Of a stretch of DNA of 64,000 bases, positions 1 to 12,114 are shown piece after piece. How positions within the stretch are numbered: the stretch's first letter is position 1; every line of letters begins with the position of its first letter. The position numbers and the translations under genes are program-made. Under the pieces are notes generated by a model that had not been told where the DNA came from, did no database searches, and saw only the letters and a list, made by a program, of their open reading frames with translations. Origin of the DNA: Lama glama (Eukaryota); contig CM052818.1 in NCBI GenBank assembly GCA_028534125.1, forward strand, positions 13,394,001-13,458,000, in the 5' to 3' direction.

Positions 1-927
1 GTGGACCCTGATAGCTTGTTCACTTATGTTTAGGTGATTCCAATAATACTATTCACCATGATAAAGTACTGTCTTTAAAATAATCAGAAGCATTTGACTT
101 TATTTTTTTTTCACTTTTAAAGCTTAATTGAGTCCTTAACATAACTTTTAAAACAAAATCAGATGCTTGACAACTGTAGAAATGTAAAGCCTAAGGAATA
201 TACTTATAAATGAGAAAATTTTAATGAGAGAAAAAGAACCAGGGAAAGTTTTTATCACAGCTAAGTTTGAGCAACTTAACCCAGTGTCACATGCATCAAG
301 TCCAATTTTCAATTCATAAATAAGCTTCCCCCTCCCTCCAAAAACTTCCACCCAAAGGCTAATTACAGAAGAAAAGGGAACATGAGCACCAGCCAGAAAA
401 GATTCACAGTTGCCACTCTTCAGTTGCTACTTTAATGGAAAACACATGTGCAAGATACCACCCAGGAGACAACTGACCAGTGTGTTCTAAAGAAACGAAC
501 GTTACCAGAAAATGAGCCACACAAGATGGCTTACTCTCTTGGACAAGCTGAGCCCAGAAAGAGGGTTGATAGCAATTTTGTTCTTATATAAATACGTGCT
601 AGTCCAAAGATGAGATACTGGGACAAAAATTAATCTGTAGCAATAAAGTTGAAGGCAATGATGTGAATTAGCCCTCACTACTTATTGTCTCATCTACATG
701 CCCTGCAGTCAGCTTACCATCAGATTTGGGGGTGGGAGGTTCTTAGCAAGGTTAAAGTAAGAAATCCTACAATGGAATTGGAAGAAAGGGCACAGTGATG
801 ACTGTATCATTAAATAATAATGCTAAAACTCATTAGCTGCCTCCTACTACAGGTAGCCAGCAGTATTCCAAGTGCTGTACACACAACATATCATATCCCT
901 AATTTATAAGGTAGGGATTGACTCCAT

Positions 928-1316
928 TGTATTAGCTCAGGTTGTCATAACAAAATATGTAGGGTGGGTGGCTTAAACAACAGGAATTTATTTCTCACAG
1001 CTCTTGCAAAGAATGAGATCAAGGGGCCAGCCAATTAGGTTCTTGGTGAGGGCTCTCTTCCTGGCTTTCAGGGGCCAGATTCTAGCTGTGTCCTCACATG
1101 GTGGAGAAGGAGAGCAGAAGCAAGCTCTCTGGTCTCTTCTAGTAAGGAGACTAATCCCATCGTGACACCTCCACCCTCATGACCTCATCAAAACCTAATT
1201 GCCTCCCAAAGCCTCATCTCCAAATACCATGCACTGGGTGGGGTGGGGTGGGGTGGGGGGTAGGTGGGTAGGGCTTCAATATGTGAATTTGGGGGACCAC
1301 AGTTCAGACAAGAGCA
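928..1316 (-). mobile_element. ERVL-MaLR solo LTR (MLT1A-like), inserted into a MIR
   Basis: TG...CA termini; flanking 5-bp TSD tccat/tccac; MLT1 motifs ggcttaaacaacag, aatttatttctcacag, ggtgagggctctcttcctgg and ctaatcccatc. Confidence 0.85.
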
Positions 1317-1611
1317 TCCACTTTACAAATAAATGATGTTTTGAGAGGTTATGGAGTTTACAATGGATCATTCAGTCAGCAATCACCAGAGCTTGAACTG
1401 GAATCCAGGGCTTTGACGCTAGGGAATAATATCTACTTTTAAAAAAAAAAATCTATTTTTTGACTGCCCAGTAAGGGCTAGGTGCATGTATACAATATCT
1501 CTAATCTTCATAGAAAACTTTCCAAGTCAATATTCTTCCCATTTTGCAGATGTGGAAACTCTGCCCAAATCTGGTACCGGCTTGAACCTAGTTTACTGCA
1601 TCTAATGTATC

Positions 1612-1799
1612 CTAGTTGTTTTAAAGGAAGGTCCTCAGACTAGCAGTATCACTGTCTTTACTTAGGAACTTGTTAGCAATGCAAATTCTTGGGCCAAGCA
1701 GCAGAACTACCTAATTAGAAACTCTGGGGGTGGTGTCCACAATCCATGTTTAACCTGCCTTTAGATGATTCTGATCCATGCTAAAGTTTAAGAACTATT
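1612..1799. mobile_element. MER5A-like hAT-Charlie MITE
   Basis: Motifs ggaacttgttag, aatgcaaattcttgggcc, gaaactctggggg and gatgattctgat...ctaaagtttaagaac. Confidence 0.7.
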
Positions 1800-2589
1800 T
1801 GTTTGTTTCATGAATTTATTGGAATAGTTAATACATTCAAAATTCAATAATAAACGATACATCCAAGATTCAAACATGGTAGCAAAGCCTGTGGCCTTTT
1901 GCTGAATCGTACTGCCCCATCCCAATTTTACCAAGGGAAGGTGTTGGGGATGGAATATACTTTAAATGAAGTGTGATTATAGAGCATGATTCTGAATTCT
2001 GCTTGGCCACTATACATTGATCAGTTCTCCTACCTACAATAATGTCATACAGAGAAGTGTCCAAAGGACAGGCCCTGGGAATTGACAATGGTACTTTTCA
2101 CTGATCAGAAAACACCTGTGGTATGACCTAGAAAACCAAGCTTTGTGAAATTGTTATTTAGATCTGACAATTTTGTATCTCATTTAGTGAAAATGAGAAA
2201 TAATCTAGTATGGAATGAAGCAGTTCTCATAAAAAGCGAATTCCATTCCTCTTTGATTTATTTTTTAAAATTATGTTTAGTTTGTCTAATCAATCACTGC
2301 TTTATCTACATATAGTTGCTATATAGTTGCATCATTTTTCCCTTCAAGGAACAAGACCATATCACATCCCATTTTGGAAGTATGGACAATTTACAGAAAA
2401 GGATAGAAGTCTGCCCATAATAGAAATGGCTAATTTAGAGAGGTGAATGAAGGTGCTTGATCTCACACCAAGGACTTTTTAGATCATTTGCAAAGTCAAA
2501 GAACTTCAAAAAAAAAGGTATTTCCAATGCATATATCATCACCTGCTCTTGCAATCAATATCACCCCTAAAACCATTTATTAATATTAA

Positions 2590-2790
2590 TAATATTGATA
2601 AACATGTGCTAGACACTGCTCTAAGCATTTCACATGTGGTAAAACTCATTTAATCATCACAAACATGTGAGGTGAGTTCTAGGATTATTCCCATTTCACA
2701 AATGAGGAAATTCAGACTCAGAAAGGTTAAGTAACTTGCCAGAGCTCCTAAAGTCAGGAAGTACTGGACTCTGGATTAAGCCTCTTAAAA
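2590..2790 (-). mobile_element. MIR SINE
   Basis: Core cccatttcacaaatgaggaaattcagactcagaaaggttaagtaacttgcc; boundaries approximate. Confidence 0.75.
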
Positions 2791-4074
2791 AGTACTTACT
2801 GGACATTGCTTCAGACATGAACCTTTGGCTCTGAATGGATGGGTTCAGTGTTGCTCTGCATCGGACTAATTCCAAAGGTCAATCTGTGAGCCCGCCTGAC
2901 CTTGGCCTTGGCACTCCATCTGGACAGAATAAAGGAGAGAGGCAAAGTGATGATGTGCTGGACCGACAATACTTCCATCTAGTGGGAGATAGGGATCAAA
3001 GTGACGAAGGGACAGAGTGGGAAGTGTACTTCTATTTGCCTGTTTGTTTTCCACTTGACTCTTGAAAACAGACCTATTAGTCATTCAGTTCATGGTTTTG
3101 ATAATTTCACTGATTCCTAACACATTTGAGTCAATAAGGCAGGGATAGCAAGATCTGTGGACATTCAAACTTCTCATATAGAAGAGGCATTAAAATCTGC
3201 AAAAAACATATCACCAGCCAGCAAAAACATTTTCACAATTTTCTGTTTCAGGGTTGTTGATGTACTGTCTTTAGCCCTAACTGGGAAAGACTTCGTGTGA
3301 TTTATAATAGCAGATATTCTTTTAAGTAAACTTCTTACACTGTTCTATTCCACCTATCAAAAACAAAAGCTTTTTTCAGCAGAAAACAGCATGTTGAGGT
3401 GGAAAAGGCTTTCCAAAGAAATTGTTGTGTGTAATTTTTGATTCTGTCCTAATTTGGGAAGTTCATCTGAGCTAAAATCATTTTGTGCAGCTGACAGGAT
3501 GTTTACTCAATGAATTTGCCTTTCTTACCTCCTACTCTCTTTACCTCTACAGACAGACTTCCCACTCATTCTTTTTTACCCTTCCTTCTTCCTTCCTTTG
3601 ACACACACCTCCATTCCTCCCATCCAATATGGTTCTATTCATTCACACCCTAAAGAACACTATTAGGAAAGGAGGCAAAGGTTTAATAATATTTTGGGAC
3701 TTTTAGTGCAGTAATTGAGGGCCTATACTGGCCTAGCTAGATCTGTCACATGTCATGTCTGACTCCCGAAAACTGTGTAGATTGACAGCCTCTTATTTTG
3801 AGTCCCTCTTTCATTCCTTTATAAGCATTTGAAATCATTGAATAGCTGGGAGCTTTAGATGGAACAGAGACCCAGTCCCTACCTTCAAGGAGCTCATGCT
3901 TGCCTTGGGGGGCGAAGCAGGGGGTGGGTAGTAGGTTTATGGGTAACAAAACTGTCACTAATTAATTGGACCCAAGTTAATTCATTTAGGAGGCAATTCC
4001 CTTAAATTCCTTTATGAAAGAGATTCTGTCAGGCATCAAATTCACAATAAATCTCCTGAGTTGAGGATGAAAAA

Positions 4075-4590
4075 CTTTCTGGTAGAACAATGGATTTTGG
4101 AATCAGATCCTCTTAAGTCCAAATCCTAACTCTGCCTTGGACAAGTTACTGAATTTCATAGGGTATCAGTTCTCTCTACTGTAAAATGGGAATAAAACCT
4201 GTTCAAGAGTCTACCTGAGGATTAAATGAGAAATGTCAAACAAGGCATCCGCTATAATTCCTGGTACACTGAAGTGCTCAATAAAGGTTTGCTTCTGTTT
4301 TCCCTCCTCTCTTCCCAGGCCTCATAAGGAAAAGGGGTGAAAGGACACAAAAGAGGCTCTAATAATATTAAACACTTCAGTAGCACCTACTACGTCCCAA
4401 ACACTATTAAAAGCACTTTATATATTTTAACTCTTTTGATTCTTTTCCCAAACCCTATGAGATAAGTACTATTATTATCACCATTTCATAGATGAGGAAA
4501 CTAAGCCACAGAGATGCCAAGTAATTTGCCAAGATCACACAGCTAGTATGTGGTGAGGCTGTGATTTGTCCCCAGGTTATCTAGCTCTTG
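4075..4590. mobile_element. Two MIR SINEs in opposite orientation
   Basis: ccttggacaagttactgaa...ctgtaaaatgggaataa (~4135-4200) and ccatttcatagatgaggaaactaag...gccaagatcacacagctag (~4480-4550). Confidence 0.7.
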
Positions 4591-4645
4591 TTCATTATTC
4601 TATTAAGAGGCAAATCAAGAAAGAGGCACTAACCTCAGCTGCAAT

Positions 4646-4870
4646 CAGAGTATTCAAACTGGCAGTCCTCAGATAATGAGCTCTGTTTGGTTTGTATGGT
4701 GTTTTAAAAATCAGGAGTGTTCATATGAAAGCCTGTATTTCTGACTTCTCTCAAAAAAACTGCTTAAAGATCTGGCAGTATATAGCCCACACCTGTATGG
4801 AAGCAAGCTGCTGCCTAGCGGCTACTCTCTGGGCTAAGCAAATGGTCTCCAATTCACCACAGCCACCAGT
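4646..4870 (+). mobile_element. MER102-like hAT-Charlie fossil
   Basis: aaaaatcaggagtgttcatatgaaagcctgtatttctgacttctctcaaaaaa...agatctggca resembles my recollection of the MER102 consensus. Confidence 0.55.
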
Positions 4871-7763
4871 GCTCACAGTTACATTAGGTGGGCCCTGCTT
4901 CACTTCTGCCCTGCACATGCATTTGCGTTTGTGATCCAGAACTAGGCAATGCTCTAAACATAGTCTTGTCCGTAAAGACAAAAGAGCTATATTCAGTAAT
5001 GTACACCCAATCGTTGGAATATTTGAATGACATGAAAGAACAAATGCATGTAGTAAAGAGGTCTGAGTTAAAAGCAATCAACAACTAGGTTCAAATCACA
5101 ACCACGTGCTTATGTTTAGATAAGCCATTGAGCCATATATGCAGGAATTGTAAACCCTGCTCTTCTTCTCCATATCCCCACACCTAAACACAAAACCAAA
5201 AATGCATATTTCCTTATAGGTCACGGGGCTAAGACCCACTTGCCTTTAATATTAAATACAACCTTCTTTGTTTGGCATAGCTAGAAGAGGTAGTTTAAAT
5301 TTTCATGCACTGCTTAACCCAAATAATACCATCTAAACCATTTTTTTTCTTCTTTTAGCTCTTTAGGCCTTGCTGATTGGCATATTCTTGGAGAACAGAG
5401 AAATATATAGCAAAACTCTTCCAGAAACTTGGAATTTGTAGGGAGGGGAAAGCATGGAGGCTTCTCTGGATAAGCCTGTTCGAGAAGAGGAATTAACTCA
5501 ATTTACGAGTAAAGAAACTGAGGCTAAACTGTTATTCAAGACCACACAGCCAACTGACCCACACACTCTGAACCCAGTCTGTGTTCTATCTAAGACTTCA
5601 CACTACCTTACTCAGAGCTTATCTACCTGAAAATAATGTTCAAAGCAGTAATCTAAGGTATCACTATTTGTACCAAAACGATATCACACAACCTGTATCT
5701 AAAAGTCTTCACAACAGATATATCTTTGGTAAGGAGGGGGACCTAATACTACTTACCAATGACCCTGCCTTTGTAACATGCAAATTTTGTTTGTTTGTTT
5801 TACCTTTTCAGTTTTATTAAACTGAGATCAGAAAAATCCTCATCTTTTTAATAGTTTATGGTCATTTAATTTTATCATGAACCTGCAGTAATGCTTACTA
5901 TATTTACAAATCACTAAGTGAAATTTTTAAAACCATTTTCCTCCTCTAATCTCTCCCATCCTGCCTTCTTAGAAGTACACAAAGCATTTCAACCACTCCC
6001 AAATTCCCTCTTGTAATACCCTTAACGATTCTGAAATATTTTGTTATTCCCCAAACACCGCCCTAAAGACAAATCATTGGACTCCAGACTCTTTGCACTG
6101 CCAAGTTGAATAGAGTTCAAATGTTCTATCTAACCAAACTCTAACTTACAACAAAGACACATATAGTAGATGATGTGTAAGGTATTTCGAAAATACCAGG
6201 GCAACAGAAAAAAAAAAATCTGTCATCAAGAGGTCCTCCCAGAACTTCTTGTAATCTGGAATAGTCATTTTTATCAATATCCTTTAACCTGATCATTACA
6301 CACATTTGTATATCCATATAACTAACAAGTCAAGTTTCATTTTAGTAATGTATAGCTAAGATTTCTCACAACCAAAACAATAAATACTTCAAAATTTATG
6401 ATTCTTTTCTCCACTTTAGATGTCAGAGCATGCATAAGGACTTGAGGGGAAAACAAAACAAGGAAAACAATCTTAGCCTGATAAAATAAAAAATTTAAAT
6501 AAAATTATAAATCATTTAAAATATAGTCTTTCTTTTTGAACTAACCATACTAAAACATGATATGAAACAGAGCACAAATAAGGTAGTATCCAAAAAGATA
6601 TAGGATCTATTAGGATTTCCTTTTATGTTAAAAAAAAAAAAAGGCCCATGGAAGGACAGTTTTCAGGATGACCCAAGCAAAGCCAGGCACCTCTTCTACT
6701 AGAATCTTCACCAAAATGCACACTCCCTTGACCCTGCAGTTTTGATTTCAGACCCATTTCTTGCCCAAGTTTACTAGGAGTTTTCCTCAGCTTCAAGCCC
6801 ATCCCACTGAGAAGACCTCTGGAGACATTCAATATTTGAAGTAAGTTCCGCCTTCAGATTATTTTCAGAAACATAAGAACATCAAAGCAAACTGTGTAAA
6901 GCCACATAAGAATGGTTGAATTTAAATTTTTTCAAATTATAAGCACCGTGAAGACAAGGATCTCCTTTTCCCTATTACTATTGCATTACTTATACCTGGA
7001 ATAATGCACAGCACATAGCAGACACTTAATAAATTCAGTACTTGTATGAATGAGGCAGTTCTACAAATCTCCCTATCGCCCTGTAATTTCCAAAAGTTTC
7101 ATCACACAAATCCCCTAATGGCTCTTTAGTTCACTAATCATAAAGCCACATAACCAGAAAGGAAAGAAATCCCAGAGACCAAAAAGCAGTTTGCCTGTCC
7201 ATCAACTCACTTATTTATAGTTTTAGAGCTAAAAGGGATACTGCTTTTGAACTCTCTGATTTTACATACGAAGAAACAGAAACTTCAGCTCTCAGGTTAA
7301 GTGGTTTAGCTTGATTATCCAGCTGAGAAGTACCAAAGCCCTACTTGTTATTTCCTCTATCAGCCTCTGCTGTTAATTCCCACCACTTCCCCCAACCCCT
7401 CAAAAAAGTATTTATAGACTTGAAGATAGCATCTTTAAAATTCTCTTAGAAATCTCATGTGGCTTCCGTTGGGGTGTGATGGAAGGGGCCACAATTTTAA
7501 TACAATCTTCCAATTGCTAAGAGTTTTGCTGAACTGAAAAGCATGTATTGACTGACCTGCAGGGTCCTGCTGTATGGGTGTGGGTGTGGGTAGGTGGCGG
7601 GGCACGGCGGGCATCTTTAGAGCCCCGTCTGAAAACTTGAAATGTTTTATTACTTTTACATTATTCATTTATAGCTGGCAGGGGGAGGGGGTGTTCTGGG
7701 AACGTGGGGTGGAATAATTTTGTTTCCTGCAAGTACTGAGACAGAGAGGCAAAGCCTCCAATT

Positions 7764-7782
7764 TGGCCACAAGAGGGCAGCT
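7764..7782 (+). promoter_or_regulatory. Candidate CTCF binding site
   Basis: TGGCCACAAGAGGGCAGCT fits the core CCACNAGRKGGCRS. Confidence 0.6.
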
Positions 7783-8428
7783 ACAACATTTCCTCCTTGA
7801 TTTTTGCAGCTCTAAACCGTGACAAACTGGGCATTTTAGTGCTAAGCTTGCCATAGAATCACTGATAGCACCTTTCAACTGAATTCTCAGCATGTCACAA
7901 AACTTTCTCACACGGTGTTTCTTGGGATGTTCTTGTTTTGTTTTTAAACAAATTATTTTCCAACTCCTTTCCAGATCTAGAGAGTCCTCTTGCAGAACTC
8001 CACGCCAAGATTACCATCTAGAAGGATCTTTGGAGACCAATAAATTGTTAGGCTAATTTGGAAACCCATAGAAAATGTTTTATTTTAATTATGTTTGACT
8101 CCAGATAAAAATAAAAAACAGTAATGATCATCTGATTCCACCACACTTAATAAAGCTTGTTCTAAGTGCTTTACAGGATTTGCCAAATATTTGCCTCATC
8201 TCATAGCCTTCATTCATCATTCCCATTTTCATGATATCCTGAAATCTTTCAAGTCAAAATTTATTGTGGAATTTTATCACTGAGCTAAACAGTGGGAGGT
8301 CTGCAAACAAAAAAGCAGGAATTAGTGATAGCTTAATTCCATATTCTTCCACAAAAACATAAAATCAGATTTATTTCATTGTCTACGTGAATAAAGTTGA
8401 GAGCTAACTTTAAAAGTAAATGCTGGGT

Positions 8429-8452
8429 TGTGTGTGTGTGTGTGTGTGTGTG
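8429..8452. repeat. (TG)12 microsatellite
   Basis: Read directly from the sequence. Confidence 0.95.
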
Positions 8453-8549
8453 TACTCACCAATAATTATTGATAGTTAGTTTGGATGTTTACTAATTTTT
8501 TATTTTGTAGATTTTGAAGAAGTACATAGAGATGTATTTCCTTTGAGCT

Positions 8550-8830
8550 TTTCTTGAGGCCTTCCTAATCATCCTATTTTAAATTGGAACCCCTCCCCAC
8601 CCCCACATATCCTGTCCCCAGACCCTGCTGCATTTTTCCTTTGTAGCTTTCATCAACATCCGACACACTTTATATTTTACTTGGTTTCGGTTAGTCTCCT
8701 CCACAAACAACCCCTCCCCAACTAAAACAAAAGCCCTATGACAAAGGAATTTTGTCTGTTCTGTTGATTGCCATTTTCTCAAAGCTTGGGATAGTGCTTA
8801 GCACATCGTGGGAACTCAATAATTCAGCAA
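8550..8830 (+). mobile_element. L2 3' fragment
   Basis: ttttgtctgttctgttgattgcc...atagtgcttagcacatcgtgggaactcaataa is an L2 3'-end pattern. Confidence 0.65.
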
Positions 8831-10402
8831 CACAGAGAAATTATAAAACTTGGAACATTTTTACTAGAAATTGATATTTTTTACATCTCTAGTATTGCTA
8901 ATTTACTGTAGTACATTTAAGGAGAACTCCTTAAAACAGATAATAACTCACTTAATTCAAATTGAAGCATATTTCTTTTTTTTCTAAATGCTAGAATAAC
9001 TTTTTATTAGATTTCACAGGTAATGAGGAGACAGTGTCTGGCTGCATCAACAGAAAAGGAACAAGAAAGAAACTAAATAAATGCTAAACAGGATCATAGA
9101 AACCAAAGTGGGGTACTTATATTTCAAATATCACAGGGGAAAAGGAATATAACTATGAATTCCAATTATCAAAGCAAACCCTGATATGTAATTATTAAAT
9201 AATGGGCAAGTAATTTATATATAAATAACACACTGTATTTCTTTAAACCCCTAGATTTTCTAACAGTTAACTCTAAAGAAATTCCACAGTAATCTTGCCA
9301 ACATTGCAAAGGTAAAAAACTGTTTGACTAATGCAACAGTCCAGTGTCTACATGTACACTGCAGTAAATATTCTTTTCACTGCAATGAGGCTTATTTACT
9401 ACTGCAACCTGTCCTTTGTCCTAAGGCCCAGCAATTCCCCCTATTCTGCTTTCTTTTTTCTCCATGGTACTTAAAACCTTCTGATATATAATTTATTTAA
9501 TTATTTTATTTGTTTACTTTATATATCCCCTGACTACAAAGTGAGTTCCACAAAGGCAGGAGTTTTTGTATGTTTCCTGACACATTTGAAGCATATTTCT
9601 TAAATGAACTATCTTAACTAATACTTGGATTCATGATTATTGTTAAGATTATCCTCTTGAATGCTTAGACCCAGTTAGGTCGTGTTTTCCAGAAGTCAGT
9701 CAAATCTGGACTGAATTTTCAGTGAACATTGTCCTCCAAGAGTTGTCACAGCATCATATGAGCAGAACAGTGGCATAAGGGAAAGAGCAGTGATTTAGCG
9801 ATAAGGAGCTGATAGTTTTAGTTCTGTCTCTGCCACTAGCTAACCAGGAGTGAGATGATCCATTTAAATTGTTAATGCCTTAATGTACTCATCTAAAAAA
9901 TGGGCATACCACACTGGCCTATATCAGAGAATTCTGGGGTCCCAAGAAACAATGAAATGTGAAAATGGGAGTATTTTTCATATGTAAGATGTTATTAAAA
10001 TCAGTGTTTCTTGTTCTCTGCTATGCCAAGCTACCATCTGATATAGCCAATCAACTATATTTCATGGTTTAATGGAGAGTTGTAGGCTGGATGCAATGCT
10101 ATTAGTCAAGAGGTGTTTGTCAGGCCCTTCTTGGTACCCAGTCCCCAGACCTTCTTTTCGCCATAGCTCAGTTTATTTGACCCTGGGAGCTCTACCCTAT
10201 CCCATCTCTAGAAAGCCTGACTGGAAACAGTAGGCATTTAAGGGTGCTCCAGCCTCATAACAAGGAATTCACATCATGTCCCAGTATTTTGTCCAGCTCT
10301 GGTCATGTGCCCCAATGCCGGTAACGACACCCTTCCTTCTTTTCCTACAGATAATCAGATCAAGAATTCGTCTCCTCTAGGGAGAATTTTCACACAAGTA
10401 TT

Positions 10403-10722
10403 TGTCTTACTCCATTCAGGCTGCTATAACAAAATACTTTAGGTGGCTCATAAACAACAGAAATTTATTTCTTATAGTTCTGCAGGCTGGGAAGTCCAAG
10501 ACTGAAGTGCTGGCAGATTTAGTGTCTGGTAAGGACCTGCTTCCTGGCTCATATAGATGGCTGTCTTTTCACTATGTCCTCATATGGAGTCTCTTTTATA
10601 ACGACACTAATCCCATTCATGAGGGTGGAAACCTCCCAAAAGCTCCACCTCCAAATACTGCCACTTTGGGGATTAGGTTTCAATATATTAATTTGGGGTG
10701 CACGAGTATTCAGTCTATAGCA
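10403..10722 (-). mobile_element. ERVL-MaLR solo LTR (MLT1A-like)
   Basis: TG...CA termini; TSD gtatt/atatt; ggctgctataacaaaatac, agttctgcaggctgggaagtccaag, cactaatcccattcatgaggg. Confidence 0.85.
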
Positions 10723-10916
10723 ATATTCAATAAATATTTGTAGAACAAATGAATGATAAAAGGCCAGTGTCCCCCTAGTTTTGAAGCTCTGCTGGGCTCT
10801 TGCCAGTATTTCCTTTACATATACCCCTCTTATCTGCTCACAGATTCGCCGACGCTGGCTGACCAATCAGCAGTCAACACTACTGAGGAAGACCTCTTCC
10901 TCAATTCCCACCACTA

Positions 10917-11145
10917 CACTGACCCTCAATATGGGAATGTTAGGGGTGCTGACCCTCTACACAATCCAAAATCTGCGTATAACTTTATTGTTACCCCCCT
11001 GACCCCAGCACCAATATATCCTGTTCTGAATCCGCATATTCAACCAACCAGATTATGTAGTATCACAGGACTATTTGGTATTGAAAAAAAATCTGCAAAC
11101 AAATGGACCCACACAGTTCAAACCCAGTTGTTCAAGGGTCGGCTG
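10917..11145 (-). mobile_element. MER8-like Tigger MITE
   Basis: Inverted termini cactgaccctc...gttcaagggtcggctg; TA on the left flank; internal ggacccacacagttcaaaccc. Confidence 0.75.
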
Positions 11146-12069
11146 CATGTTCAGCCACTTGGGGGCTTCTCATTTATTCCATTAGACTTTGTAATGCCAA
11201 CTGCTTGGCTGATCTGTTCCTGGTTGCCATACCCAGTGGATGCCATGTCCCACTTGCCACTCTGTTTTCCCTCGGGACTTCTAAGAAGGTCTGTATTTTC
11301 AGAGGGTGCCCAACTTTATTCCTATTCTGGTTCATAGCTTATCTGAATTGCACTCCCCTTACTATAGTTAACCGAAAGGATGCTGTGTAGTCACGCCTAT
11401 CACAAGCACAGGCCCGATAGCATGTAAAACAGTGCAAGCAATCCCCAACTTCAAAAAATGTTATGTTCCAAAAGTTTGTTTGTAAATAGGTTCTTGAGCA
11501 TGTGGGAATGCACTTCCGAAGTCATCACAAACAACTCATCTATTTTAATAGGCATTCTTTCAAAAATATTGAGTATCTCCCTGCTTTGCACAAGTCACTT
11601 TTCTTGGCACAAGGGAAACAAAGAGAAATGAGACTCAGTCCCGTTCCTCCAGAAGTTCATGGAATAACAAAGGAGACAGTGGCAGAAGCAAGTAAGATAT
11701 ATGGAATGCAGCGTGTATAAAAATAGAAGACTGTCCATAGTACAGTAAGGACAAGAAAGAAGAGGTGATCACTTTGCCTGGATAGATCAGGAAGGTCTAC
11801 AAAGAGACATTCCTGCCGAGGCCTGAAGAATGAGGAAGTGTGTACCAGGCAGATGAGTGAAGGGTGTTCCTGGTATGTGACTGTCAGGCTGCCAGACCAA
11901 TGCCCAGGTGTCAATTTAACCCCTAATGTGGCTCTGCCAATGCTGCAGCCCTGTCAGAGACAAAGAGGTAATAGGTTTTTGCAGGCTGGCCTGGGAAAAC
12001 TTGTTTCTGTTTGGTAATTAGTTTCAAAACCGTCAATAAGACAGAACTGGCCCTGGGCTAATGCCAATG

Positions 12070-12114
12070 CACACACACACCCACACACACACGCCACCAC
12101 CACCACCACCACCA
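12070..12114. repeat. Compound (CA)n-(CCA)n microsatellite
   Basis: Read directly from the sequence. Confidence 0.9.

Noticed and set aside
2970..2988. CTCF-like CCACTAGATGGAAG on the minus strand
   Set aside because: It has A at the nearly invariant C of GGC, so support is too weak
10753..11337. 194-aa ORF, the longest in the track
   Set aside because: It spans a MER8-like MITE, has no recognisable domain or exon context, and is most likely a chance ORF
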